From Wallemia ichthyophaga EXF-994 (lineage: Eukaryota; Fungi; Basidiomycota): 62,000 nt of DNA. The DNA is taken from the NCBI RefSeq assembly GCF_000400465.1, contig NW_008806283.1, forward strand, positions 60,001-122,000, in the 5' to 3' direction. The notes under the pieces were generated by a model, which was given only the letters and a program-made list of their open reading frames with translations, was not told the origin of the DNA and made no database searches. The position numbers were made by a program, and so were the translations under genes. This document shows positions 1 through 11,018 of this stretch, piece by piece (the stretch's first letter is position 1; each line of letters starts with the position of its first letter).

Positions 1-452
1 ATCATTGATGCACACTTGCGGGGCCAAGTTGAACCAACCAAGCGTAATGATTGTCTATTATTTGAACTCTAAGACAAAACAATTGATACTGATCCTGAAA
101 ATTCAATTAACCTCTACACTAAGCGTGACGGTGGATCTCTTCAAGATCTGTCTGTAGCTGATCAAAATATACTTGAGACATTCGGTTCTCTGAACCGAGA
201 TACTGCTGTCGGAAAGCTCCTCAACTATTTTGCTGCTAAATATACCAAGCGTGGAGATTGTCAACTGCTCGGTATTCAAAATAAAGCTATTCAACTCAAG
301 ATTCAGAAGTTAATCGATATCTACACGAATGGTAATGAGAATCATCCAAGTATGGCAATCACGAGGATAATATAATTGTTGTTGGAGCTCACGTTAACGA
401 CATTCTCAAAAAGCGCGAAGACACTGTTGCGGAAAGACAAGCTGGTCTCTGA
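1..452 (+). pseudogene. 3' part of a KR-delimited (Kex2-type) repeat peptide precursor, disrupted; 5' end outside window
   Basis: Frame 1 reads IIDAHLRGQVEPT-KR-NDCLLFEL*DKTIDTDPENSINLYT-KR-DGGSLQDL...AAKYT-KR-GDCQLLGIQNKAIQLKIQKLIDIYTNGN. There is an in-frame TAA at 70-72. A 1-nt shift near 338 continues EESSKYGNHEDNIIVVGAHVNDILK-KR-EDTVAERQAGL* (TGA 450-452), matching the paralog at 1298. Confidence 0.7.
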
Positions 453-1297
453 ATTTTTCTCAGGGCTACGGGAAGCGCCTAAGAGCTTTCAAATTTCTAC
501 TTAATTGTTATTGTTATCTTCCCACCTTTCACGTTGTACACATTTGTTAATTGAGTGAGTTTTAAATGAAAGCGCAATTGCGTCATCTTCGTTACAATCT
601 TAATGTCTCGCTTTTATGGGGATGGTGACAGTTGATCGAGCTAAATTACGGAAAAATAATTCTTAAATGTTTCGAGGAACAGACGATTAGCAATGTATGC
701 AAGGAAACCCACACTTACCAAGTCATTGAACAAACATTACATTACAGGCTAACCAAAGTTGTCTCTTTAGTGGATGCTCAGGTATTCATTAATACGGTAG
801 CTTACAGAGCAATCGAAGAGCTTCACCACTTATAGGAGACACACGAAGGCAAATTACTTCATCAGCCCCATATCATGACAAATATTCGCTGATAGCGGCG
901 TGCTAAGCGACATTACTTACTCGCACACAATATTTCGCAAAAATTTGAAGCAAGTGAAATTCATATGAGACATAGCTGTTACCATATGGTACCCATCTGA
1001 GAACCAAGCGTACCTGAACCACAATTTCATGCCGAGCAATTGCAGTCTAAAATTGGAAACCTTCTGCAATATGTATTGTTTCGAAACATCTTTAAGACAC
1101 TGTTGTTTTGCTTACTGGGACTAAGACGGGGTTAGTTAAGCATACAGGGTCAAGTATCTTACGTAAATAACGTCACTATTACATTGAACGATTGAAAGCT
1201 TGGCCGGGTTGGATAACCCATACTCTAACTTTAAGACTCTCTATTTTTAAAATAGCCACCAATACAATCTTTTTACTAGAATAACAAGGTAAGTACA

Positions 1298-1713
1298 ATG
1301 AGATTGTCTTTACTTGTCGTCTCATCAGTCATCTGCGCTGCTGCTTCTGTAGTGCTGTTTGCTGTAAGTTGAATAATACTTTGTCACTGCTAAAGTGAAT
1401 GCAGAATTACCTTCCAAATGATATAGCTCCCACCAAGCGTGGTGACGAGCAGCTGATCAGCCTTCAAGATGAAGCTATCGATCCTGATATCAAGCTTTTG
1501 GTCAAAATTATCTTCAACGGAACTGATTCATCCTCAACCAGCAAGCGCGATGACAAGCAGTTGATAGGCCTACAAGATAAATCGTTTGATCTTGACATCA
1601 AGGGTTTATCAAAATTATCAAAAACGGAACTGAAGAATCATCTAAGCGTGAGGTTGCCGCTCCCAAAATTCAAGCTGGCCTTTGAGCTGGCGTCTTCTGA
1701 TTTGCCTTTTTAA
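1298..1713 (+). CDS. Secreted KR-delimited repeat peptide precursor (KEP-like), frameshifted in second repeat
   Basis: ATG 1298 gives a signal-peptide exon MRLSLLVVSSVICAAASVVLFA, then a phase-0 intron 1364-1404 (GTAAGT..GCTAAA..CAG). Exon 2 reads NYLPNDIAPT-KR-GDEQLISLQDEAIDPDIKLLVKIIFNGTDSSSTS-KR-DDKQLIGLQDKSFDLDIKGL. Restoring 1 nt near 1608 gives KIIKNGTEESS-KR-EVAAPKIQAGL*. Confidence 0.75.
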
Positions 1714-1869
1714 GTGATGTTATCGCAGCTGCGGCATGTAGCTAAGCGTTTTCTTTTGTATATAACACGTACTCTAAACTTTTTATTACAAATTAGTGTG
1801 TTAATTAGTGCCGCATTGTAATGTCTAAAAATAAAGCTGACTTGTCAATTGGCTGTGATGAGCCAAATT

Positions 1870-2938
1870 ACTTTAAACTAGCTCTTCATAGCACTTCAAT
1901 GACTAAAAACTTGAGCAGAGCAATTTTGCTATAAGTCCGTAGCGAATAGGTTTGTGAAGAGCTAGAACGTGTTCATATCCTTGCTGGAGTTGTGTAGCGC
2001 TCTGCAATAATAAAACTAGTTTTAGTATGTTTCAGGGAGAGAAATTGGAATATGAAAATAACCGTTCTTACTAACTTGGCCTCTACGACTCTAATGCAAA
2101 TTGATTACCCTTACACCCCCATGATCTAAATTTCAAAAGGCTGTGATCGCAAGCCAGACCCCGATTTCAGTGTTCTGCTGATCCATACTTTTCTATGCTT
2201 TTATGTATACGACCAAGTATGATGTGAGTCGAAGCGACAGTAGTTCTTCCTGGTACCAGGATTATAGCGATGAACGCCATGTTTCGTAAAACGTATACGC
2301 GTTCATAAAGCGGAATATTTGAAATATTGAGTGCTTGCGGTTTATATCAATCGAAATGCTGTATTCTCATCGATGTCATCGATGAAACGAGGAGGATATT
2401 CCATATACATCATATAGCGTGCTCTAGAGTGATTTTGGATCATTGCTTCCTTCAGAGCGCAGGACGCCATTTCGAGCGCCGGGCATATAAATCTGGCAAC
2501 GTCATATTTCTTACTATCACAGCTACCAATTTTATTTGGAGATCATCAAAAGTCATAATCAGCATTTGAGATGAGACAGGTGGTAGTGGAAAAACTCAAT
2601 TTGGTGGATATTGAGCGAAGTGCTGATAAGAATATGTTTGGAATGCTGAATTTATCATGAAATTGATTGTCTTGCTATATTGTTCAAATTGTCAATATAT
2701 GCCATTCTTGCGTTCGTCTTCTCACTTACTTGGTCATTTGCAGAGTACCTTGAGCAGCTTTAGCTCGTTAGAATATGTATTACTGTACCAAACTTTTTCA
2801 GTGCTCAAATTTTTGTCAAAGTGCCCTTTCATCACATAAGCACATCCTAAAGTCGTTGGAGATCCAAGACGAGTCAAGATTGAGCGTTTCTGAGATGTGA
2901 GGAAGGAGTTGAATTGTGTAATATTCAAAAGCACTCAT
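1870..2938 (-). pseudogene. Decayed gene of unknown family (copy A), homologous to 57965-58805
   Basis: The reverse complement shares many DNA blocks with 57965-58805 (CGCTCAATATCCA, TACCACCT.TCTCAT, TTTTGATGATCTC, CTCT.GAGCACGCT, TGCAGAGC, TGCTCAAGTTT..AGTCATT.A.GTGCTATGA). It has an intron-like GTAAGT..ATTGAC..TAG segment and multiple in-frame stops. Confidence 0.65.
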
Positions 2939-3524
2939 AAATCCACTAAATTTGTTTATTGATGATCTCGAGATGCGTGGTTATATTGTGCAATGTTTGT
3001 AGCATCTTTGAGAGCATGAGCGCTCTTATGTAGCTGGAACGTAATAATTTTTATAATCAAGGCTTTCAATTCATTCGATTAACCCTCCCAAGTGGTCAAT
3101 TTGCACCCATTCGGCTGTTTGAGGACAGCTTCGAGGGTGTTTGGCGAATCATGCAGCTGTATCATTAAAGCAATTCTACAGTGTTTCAATGCGCCCATGT
3201 TTACATTAATGTTTAGATTCAAACATCGACTCTAGCGCGTCATCAGCTGCGCGTGGATGGCCAGCAACGTTCGGCCCACTCGGAACATCAAGGCTGTGCT
3301 CAAACCGGCCAGATAAATTCGCAGAAGTCTCTTTCATTTCAAAAAGAGCTACTTCTGTTGTCTGCAAGGTCTGCAAGCAATAAAGAAATCATTACTTGTA
3401 GAAAATCCCTTGTCACGCGTTCAGGGACACACTCTAGATGGATCCATTTTTTTCGCTTTTCTTCGCTGAGCTTGCGTAAAATTTCTTTCAGCACAACATT
3501 CAAAGGTTCCACTCTTTCGTAGCA

Positions 3525-3793
3525 ATGAAATTCATGATCTTCGCCTCTGTAGCCGCTATTCTTGGCTCAACCATCGCTACACCAGTTACAGTAAGTGTCT
3601 GGCATTTTCAAAGCATGTGACTAACGCAAAGCTATAGCGCGATGGGCAAGCTGTCCCAGACCTTCTCGCTGCACTCGGGCTCACTCAAGACCAGAAGGCT
3701 GCAGTACCAGGGTTACTCAAAAATCTTGGCCTTGCACCAACTGAAAATGTTGAAGCTGCATTTACTGTACCTGAGGCTCCAGCTGGATTCTAA
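3525..3793 (+). CDS. Small secreted protein, 73 aa, with internal helical repeat
   Basis: Exon 1 3525-3590 MKFMIFASVAAILGSTIATPVT; phase-0 intron 3591-3637 (GTAAGT..GACTAAC..TAG); exon 2 RDGQAVPDLLAALGLTQDQKAAVPGLLKNLGLAPTENVEAAFTVPEAPAGF*. Confidence 0.8.
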
Positions 3794-4571
3794 ACAGCCA
3801 AATGATATCTGTAACGTCAGTAACATCGACTCAGCACAAGTGTTGGACACACTTGCGCTGCTTGTACGATTTTTCTCATTTGTCACACTCATGATACATA
3901 TCTTAAATTTGCAATACTATTGCAAGTTTTCAACGAAAATGACTCCGTAGCATTTTATCTTTACTATTGCCTTGCCAATCCCAATCACTTTTATGTAGAT
4001 GGTAATTTTGCGTTAGCAACCAGTACACCTTTCTAATGAAGCTGCATTTTAATGCTCTTTTATCTTTAGGTACTTCGCGTGAATTAGCTGTATTCTGTGT
4101 GTATCTATTTCGTGTTTGCGCTAACATCTGGTAGAAACGCGCTTGTGTTTGGCGTTTTGTATCGACACAAAGAAAAAGAGTGGTCAGCTTCTATTGAAAT
4201 GATAGCACTTGAACTGCACAATACACAAAAATATTTCAAATCGGAGTCCTTGTGGAAATACCGTTGAGCTCAGTCTTATCGCATTCTTGATCGTATGCCT
4301 GTAGATCCTCGATCGCCTTCACGTCATAGCTTTTTATGATTAGTGCGAGTGATACGCGAGATCGCTTATTCGCACGGCGAGGGTGATCATTTTTATATCT
4401 GTGACGATGCCATCTAAAACTTTGCTGTCTTAAGGAAGATATTTTTGATCTATGCAGCCAATTTAGGATTAATTGTACTGAATATTTTCACGTTAAGGAA
4501 CAGCACATTAGACATCATCGCGAAATTAAGACATCTTAAAACAATTATCAGGTCTATACACTCTTTTAGCA

Positions 4572-4890
4572 ATGAAAATTGGAATTGTCGCCGCTATTGC
4601 CACCATTGTTAGCATGACAGTTGCTGCGCCAGTGACTGTTAGTACACAGTAATTCGTCAGGTCATATCTAACCATAAGTCAGACTGAAGATGGATATTTT
4701 GGATGATACCGGAATCCTTGTAGGAAATATTTCCGGGACTATTGTCGGGAGTTCTTCTGGAGGTCCTTTCGGGGGTCCTTTCAGGGGTGATGAAGGGGCT
4801 TCCGTGAGGAGTGTTGTCGGGATTGTTGGGGACGATGTCTGGGATGTACTATCAGACACTGCAGATTTAATAGAAGTGATCAGTGGATGA
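4572..4890 (+). CDS. Small secreted acidic/Gly-rich protein, paralog of 3525 gene (3' splice site uncertain)
   Basis: Exon 1 4572-4637 MKIGIVAAIATIVSMTVAAPVT; donor GTTAGT at 4638, branch CTAAC at about 4668. In-frame joining to the MDILDDTG...IEVISG ORF (4690-4890) needs the AAG acceptor at 4689; nearer acceptors give early stops. The 5' context CACTCTTT..TAGCAATGAAA is shared with the 3525 gene. Confidence 0.55.
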
Positions 4891-5023
4891 AATCCTGATC
4901 TTTAAACTTGGCACATTGTTCAAACGTATCTGAAAGGAAAAAGGTATTCGATTGAGCAAGTCTATTATTACAATACAAGTCAAATTATATATGGTAACTA
5001 AATTAAGATCGATTAATCATGTG

Positions 5024-8000
5024 CTAGATAGTGATCGCTTCGAATGCCTCGAGGATCCCATCATTGCCTCCAAACTGTTTGAGAAGTTCGTGTGTGATAC
5101 TTTCGGTATCAACGCCATCACCATCCACTACCTCTGTCTTAACTTTAGCCTTCTTGAGTGCGCGATCGAAATCGACGAGCATATCACTGCCCACAACGAT
5201 CTCAAAGTTCAATTTGCGCATTTGTGATCTGAATACGATAGCCAATGTGACGACGAGATCTCCTTCTATCGACACATTAAAGCTGAGTTTGTATACCTGG
5301 GCGAGACGCTTGAACTGAGCGTGCACATTCTTCACGTTCATCCATATGGTCGATATGCGCTGCAAGGTATAGCTGAGCTGAGTGTCCTGTGATATGCCCT
5401 CCTCTGTCAACTGACCACGGAGACAGTCGAGGAGGTATTCCAGCAGAGGGCGCAGCTCGCCTTTCTTTGGGGGAAGCAAGTCCATTTCCACCCCCTGCTG
5501 TGAGATGCTCAGCGCCAACTCATTCGCGTAGTTGAACTTATGCGTCGATTGCGACAGGTGCACAATTTGCCAGCTGTGCAGAATCTGCAGCGATTCATAT
5601 TCGCCTGTGTCGACATGTCAGCAGTGCTACTCTCGCACAAATACCACACTCACGTTTCCGCTTCATGGCTTCCGCTTTCGTAAGGCAGCGCACCATATCC
5701 CACTCTTTTCGATTACTGTCAATGGTGTGTGTGTTTTGAGCCAGAGTCTCTTGCTTCGCCTCGAGGCGTGCTCTGAGACGCGCAAGCTCCTCGTTGTTGG
5801 ATGCTATTTCGGCTTTGTACAGCTCCAGTGGCTGCGCCTGCTCCGCTATAGCCTCGCGCAGACCCTCGACTTCCTCCTTGTCGCAGCTGGCGATATCGCG
5901 CACAATGTCTCTTTCTCTGCGCAGCTCCGTCTCCAGTTTGTCCTTGAGGGCGTGTAGCTGCGGGAGATTCTCACCAAGTGCGCCTCTAGTCTCCTGTAGT
6001 ACCCTGGCATCCTTCTCGAGACCATTGAAGGACTCGTTGAGAGACTCCGCATGACCGCTCACTAGCTCCTTCCTCCAGCCGTACCACACTCGCTTAGCGT
6101 TCAGGCGCGAGTTATTTTTCACGATCTTGAGCTGCGCTTCAATACGCACGCGCATATCCTCACTAGCTAGCAGATAATCAACTATCACTGGCGGATTCTC
6201 GTTATCTACTTCACGTTCGTAGCTGTTGAGTGCCTCTATCCCCTCGCTGATGTAGCGCTTCAGCTCGTGGCAGCACCAATACATCATCTCCAATTTGGGG
6301 CCGGTGACCGCATGTGCGCGCAGATATTCGAGCGAGGATGGCTCGTGCATCGGTGCATTTTCCCCACTTAGACCACCCGGACCCACTGTGGAGCGACGCT
6401 TGATGGTTGAAATCCCATCGAGGAATTTCATGTCGGTGAGTTCGAGGAAATCGTTGAGACTGATTTGCACCGGTGCTTCGACGCTGCTTTCGCCATTGTC
6501 CTCCTGTTCTTCCTCTTGCATTAAACCTTCTATCATCCGCTCTGTTTCGGGGCCTGCTGCAAATTCGTTGCGGATTGGTGGAGCCGGCAGTGGTGAGGGT
6601 GCAGCTTCCGGTTGTGGTGAGGGCTCATGTGTATTCGCAAAGGCCTCCTTCTGTGGCGTCGTCACACTCGACGCTAGCCTTAGTGATTGACGTTTAGGAG
6701 TGCTCATCGGCGAGCCTGGGTTTGAGGCACTGATCGATCTGCGCAGTTTAGATGGTGTCATTTGCTGTGCATGTAGCGAGCGTCTGCGAGTTGGTGTGCC
6801 GCTTTGCTCTTGTTCTGGCGCCGTCTTATCCATGTCCATCGCATCACTTTCGGTTGTAGTATTGCGTCCTTGCTGCGTCACGTTAGTATTCTCCTTCACT
6901 AGTATACAAAACCCACCTCAGCTTCTCTCCTCCTTTGCTCCTCCTTCACGCGCTCCTCTTCAGCTTCGCGCTCGTACTCCCTCTCCCTGTCATTCTTACT
7001 CTGCTCCTCCTGCTCCTTTTCAGTTGCGAGTGTGTCAGGTGTAGCTTCGAGCGCTTGTGTGGAGAGTGCTAGTGAAGATCTTCGTCTTGGTTTGTGTGTG
7101 AGTTTTTCTTTCTCGCCACCTTTCTCAGCTGCAACATCGAGTTTAAGTGGGGAAGGACGAAGTGGCGAGGCGAGCTGAAGACGCTGTACGAGTGGGGACA
7201 TGAGCTTTTCCGTGTTAATTTGGTGTTCCTGTTGCTGTTTATGCTCATAATTTCGTTCCCACTCCAGATCATTGTCTTGCTCTTTCTTCTCTTCTTCGCC
7301 ATCATCCTGTCTCACCTCACCAGCAAAAGACGCTCTCTTCTTGTTAGGACTTTTAGCTGCGTTCTTGAGGGCACTTCTTAGCGGCGAGCTCGTCCCAGCG
7401 CCACCCAAGGCACCTCCGAGACTATGTCTGACGCTTTTCGTTTCTTTTTTCATGAGACTCGATTGAGTGGGCGCTGCGAAGCTGCTGCGTTTCCCTCCTT
7501 TACTTTCAGCATCTGGTGATGAGATGGAGATGGAGGCCTTTTTAGGCGAAGGAGCAGGAGCAGGAGCAGGAGTGAATGATGTGCTACTTTTGAGGGCGCT
7601 CTTGAGTGATGGTCGTGGACCGGCGCCTGCCTTGAGGGGTGACGCTTTAACAGATGGTGCGAAACTGACACGACTGACACGCGGTCCGAGACTTTTCCGC
7701 AGACGACGCGTCTCGTCGTTAACTAGGATACCCTTACCGATTGGCTTGGTTATTTCCATAGTCATCGTCGCGTCTGCGTTGTCGTCAGAGTCACTTGAGT
7801 CACTCGAGTCACTCTCTTCTGGAATGGTGGGGACGTTCATAGGTCCACCGACAGCCTGAGTCATCTCCATTGTCATCGACTCATTCTGCGCAGGGTTGCT
7901 AATTAAGGACATGTCGGCAGTTGATTTTCCGTCATTTGCTGACTCTTGATCGTGCTCTTCCGCTGCCTCGTCACTGCTATCGTTCGTTGCCCCCTTCTCG

Positions 8001-9768
8001 GCTTCCATCAAACCACCGACGGCGCCAGTCATCTCCATGGCCATTGACTCGTTTTCTTGATCATCCTCACTAATACCACTGTCGCTCTCGTTGATATGGT
8101 TCTTTGTCTCATTGACACTCTTCTCGGCCTCCATCAAGCCACCGACGGCGCCGGTCATCTCCATGGCCATAGATTCGTTGTTATGGGTAGTATTACTAGC
8201 TAGTGACATATCAGCAACTGAGTTATTGTCGTGATGGTGGTTATTAGCTTTTTCTCCGTTTTCCTCATGGTCATCTTCCTCTCTCCTCTCTCCACCCAAC
8301 ATACCTCCAACAGCCTGGGTCATTTCCATCGTCATAGACCCGTCGGCTATCTTATGTGCGGTGGAGTCATTGCGATCAATGTGGGTTATAGCAGCTTTGG
8401 TGAGATCCATGTCGTCGTTGCTGTTACTCTTACTGGTATTGCTATCGCTATCATTATCGCTATCACTGCCGTTACCTAAGTGGTGCTGCATTGGTGCAGG
8501 TTCTGGAGGTGGGGGTTGCATTAGCATGTGCTGGTCAGCCTCTTCATCATCACTGCTACTGCTACTGCTGTTATCAACACGTCCGCTGACACTCCTACTA
8601 CCCTCTGGCGAGCCCGAGTTCTGCTTAATGACGCTGCTGCGTCGATCTAGGCTCGATCTTCGTCTGCCTGTTTCGAAGTGAGGTAATTTGGGCACACCGG
8701 CTTGGGACATGGACACGGTGAAGTCCATAGTGGTGTCTGCTTCATCTTCACTGGAGGAGGAGGAGGAGTTCTTCTCGTTATCCTCGTTGTTGTCCACATT
8801 GGTGTTGCCGTCGTTGTCGTTCTTCTCGGATGCTGTGGGTGAGAGAGTGAATTGTGGGAGTTGCATGGGTGGTTGGGGTGGTAATGCAACAGGTTCTGCT
8901 GCTGTGAGTGGAATTGGAGATGATTTATTGCTCTGTGATGATAATCTGGGTGATTTACGCGTAGGCGAATGGGATATAACCTTTTTTGGTAAATTTTGGG
9001 GTGATTTCGGAGACTTGGGTGACTTCTTGGGTGACTTCTTGGGTGACTTCTTGGGTGAGTTTTTTGGCGACTTGTTGTCATCACTCTTACTAAACACGTG
9101 ACCAACAGCCTCAGTAAGATCCATTTGCATAGTATTGTCCTCTGCGTCGTTCGCGTCTTGTGTTGGACCATCATCAGACTCAGTATCAGAGCCATCAAGC
9201 GGTCTTTTTCTCTCAAAAGCTTTCTTAAACGCGTGAGTGACGTCTTGAGTAGCTATGGACATGTCAGAGGTGTCTGAATCTTGGTTTTCTTGTGGGTGAT
9301 GATCCTGTGGATGATGTTGGGATTTTTTAGGGGATGGAGACCTGCGTGGGCTAGAAGAGGCCTGTTTATTGCCCTCTTCATCTTCAAACAAACGTATGAA
9401 GCAATGGCTTGCGAATGAGACTCTGCGACTCGCTTCAGATTTCCTAGGTGCTGCGTGCTTGACAGGATTCTGCGGGAGTTCCTCCTCCTCGTCTGAATCT
9501 GGTGGTGGCTGTGGTTTGAGAATTGAGCGGCGTGGTTTCTAGCGTGTGTGAGTGGTGGTGGTAGATATCAAAGCAAACCACGCACAGCCTTCCTCCTTGC
9601 TAATTTCGTGGGTGTAAGTTCAGCGTCTGAATCTGATTCTTGGTGGTCATCTCCGCTGCCATCTCCGTGGTTACCACCGCTACCACCCAGACTCTTGGAA
9701 CGCAGCTTCCTATTCTCCTTATTTTCCTTGTTGTTTAGATACGTCGTCGACTTTCTACGCGAGTCCAT
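5024..9768 (-). CDS. SPC105: Outer kinetochore protein Spc105/Spc7 (KNL1)
   Basis: Exon 1 from ATG 9768, intron 9585-9539, then RRSILK and RRVSF PP1-binding motifs, about 8 MELT-like motifs (MDLT, MDFT, MEMT, MEIT) and a C-terminal Spc7 coiled-coil region (ISLNDFLELTDMKFLD, KLEMMYWCCHELKRYISEG). Multi-exon. Confidence 0.92.
7990..8185 (-). repeat. Recent ~60-bp internal duplication encoding NESMAMEMTGAVGGLMEAEK twice
   Basis: Two near-identical DNA copies 120 bp apart within the Spc105 MELT array. Confidence 0.9.
8995..9085 (-). repeat. 12-bp tandem coding repeat (TTCTTGGGTGAC on + strand) encoding KSPK
   Basis: Visible tandem copies; protein reads KSPKNSPKKSPKKSPKKSPKSPKSP. Confidence 0.9.
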
Positions 9769-9872
9769 CTCTCTTCGCCTTCACGCGTCGCGTAACGTCG
9801 TCGTTATCGCACAAGGAAAACCGAAATGGAAATTAAAGTAAAAATAATAAAAATAAATACAATTTACTAAAA

Positions 9873-11018
9873 TTAAGACAACGGATCATTAAAAATTTCA
9901 TTCAGTTCATTCATTTGCGGTAGATCATTCGGCATGTTAAAGTCTAAGAATGAGTCGTGGTGTTCTGAAGGTGGTGGTGGTTGAGTGGGTGGATTAGGAG
10001 GGTTACTTGAAGGTGCTGGTGTGTTTCCTGTATTTCCTGTATTTCCTGTATTTCCTGCGTTACCGCTGCTACCAGAATTCCCTATACCTCCTACACCACC
10101 TACACCACTCGCACTCGGCTGCTCCGCGCTGCTTGGAGTGCTGTTATGTTGCTGGTTATCGATATTCGCCAATATCTCACTTGGTGTGATGGCAGGCGAC
10201 TGATTCTCCTGCGATGGCGTCGCTCCTCCGTCGTCGTTATTGAACGATTCATCATCATCCTCCCTGGACCTCCTCTTCTTATTAATCCGCTTGTTCTGTC
10301 TGGTTACGCGCTGCTTGGGCGATTCGTCCGCTGGCGAGTATCCGTTAATTTGTGGCTGGTAGTGTGATGTGTGTTGGGCGTGTTGGGCTTGCTGTTGCTG
10401 TTGCTGAGCTTGTGCCTGCGCTTGTGCCTGTGCATGCGCTTGCACTTGTGCCTGCACTTGTGCATGCTGCAAATGGGGTGATGGTTGTGGATGGTGGCCT
10501 GGCATCGGTGGGGGCGGCATAGACGGCATTCCCATACCCATACCCATCCCCAAATTCACATTCATTCCAGGTCTCATCATTGGCGTGTTGTTTGGGTTCG
10601 GTGTATGCTGGGCATTGTTGTGTGCATTCGGCGTTCCATTTACTCCTCCTGGTCCCCCTGCTCCTCCTGCTCCACTCGCTCCTCCTACGCCCCCGGCATT
10701 TGGATGCCCCGGATATGGCCGTGGCTGTACCCTCTGCTTCATCATGTACTTCTTCTGTGAAATATCATACCGCTGTTGGAGATTATAGTTTATTTCATAG
10801 TAATTCGGTGATCTAAATTGATTTTGATACTGCAGCTCAAGATTTATCATAAACCATTCAAATAGATATGATTTCGGTGTATCTATCTTAACCGTAGGCT
10901 CTGGCAGCGCATTTTGTATCGGCTTCGATTGAGTTTCCGCGAGGAACTGCTGGGCTGTTTTGACTAAATTATTTTTATACAGATAGTCATATATGTAGCC
11001 ATTTAGTTCTTGATTCAT
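9873..11018 (-). CDS. LisH-domain transcriptional regulator (Flo8/SSDP/Som1-like) with Q/P/G-rich tail
   Basis: N-terminal LNGYIYDYLYKNNLVKTAQQFLAE (LisH) and SYLFEWF, followed by low-complexity Q/G/P regions. Extra upstream exons are possible (to about 11481). Confidence 0.75.
   Translation of the reverse strand: MNQELNGYIYDYLYKNNLVKTAQQFLAETQSKPIQNALPEPTVKIDTPKSYLFEWFMINLELQYQNQFRSPNYYEINYNLQQRYDISQKKYMMKQRVQPRPYPGHPNAGGVGGASGAGGAGGPGGVNGTPNAHNNAQHTPNPNNTPMMRPGMNVNLGMGMGMGMPSMPPPPMPGHHPQPSPHLQHAQVQAQVQAHAQAQAQAQAQQQQQQAQHAQHTSHYQPQINGYSPADESPKQRVTRQNKRINKKRRSREDDDESFNNDDGGATPSQENQSPAITPSEILANIDNQQHNSTPSSAEQPSASGVGGVGGIGNSGSSGNAGNTGNTGNTGNTPAPSSNPPNPPTQPPPPSEHHDSFLDFNMPNDLPQMNELNEIFNDPLS

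Noticed and set aside
103-4859. Short ORF-track entries in the first 5 kb (103-294, 632-835, 2327-2569, 3253-3522, 3642-3950, 3930-4127 and others)
   Set aside because: Mostly non-ATG starts, no motifs, or shadow/antisense frames of the spliced secreted genes and the relic.
5031-9216. Many long antisense and alternate-frame ORFs over Spc105
   Set aside because: Expected shadows of low-complexity Ser/Asp/Glu-rich coding sequence; no independent features.
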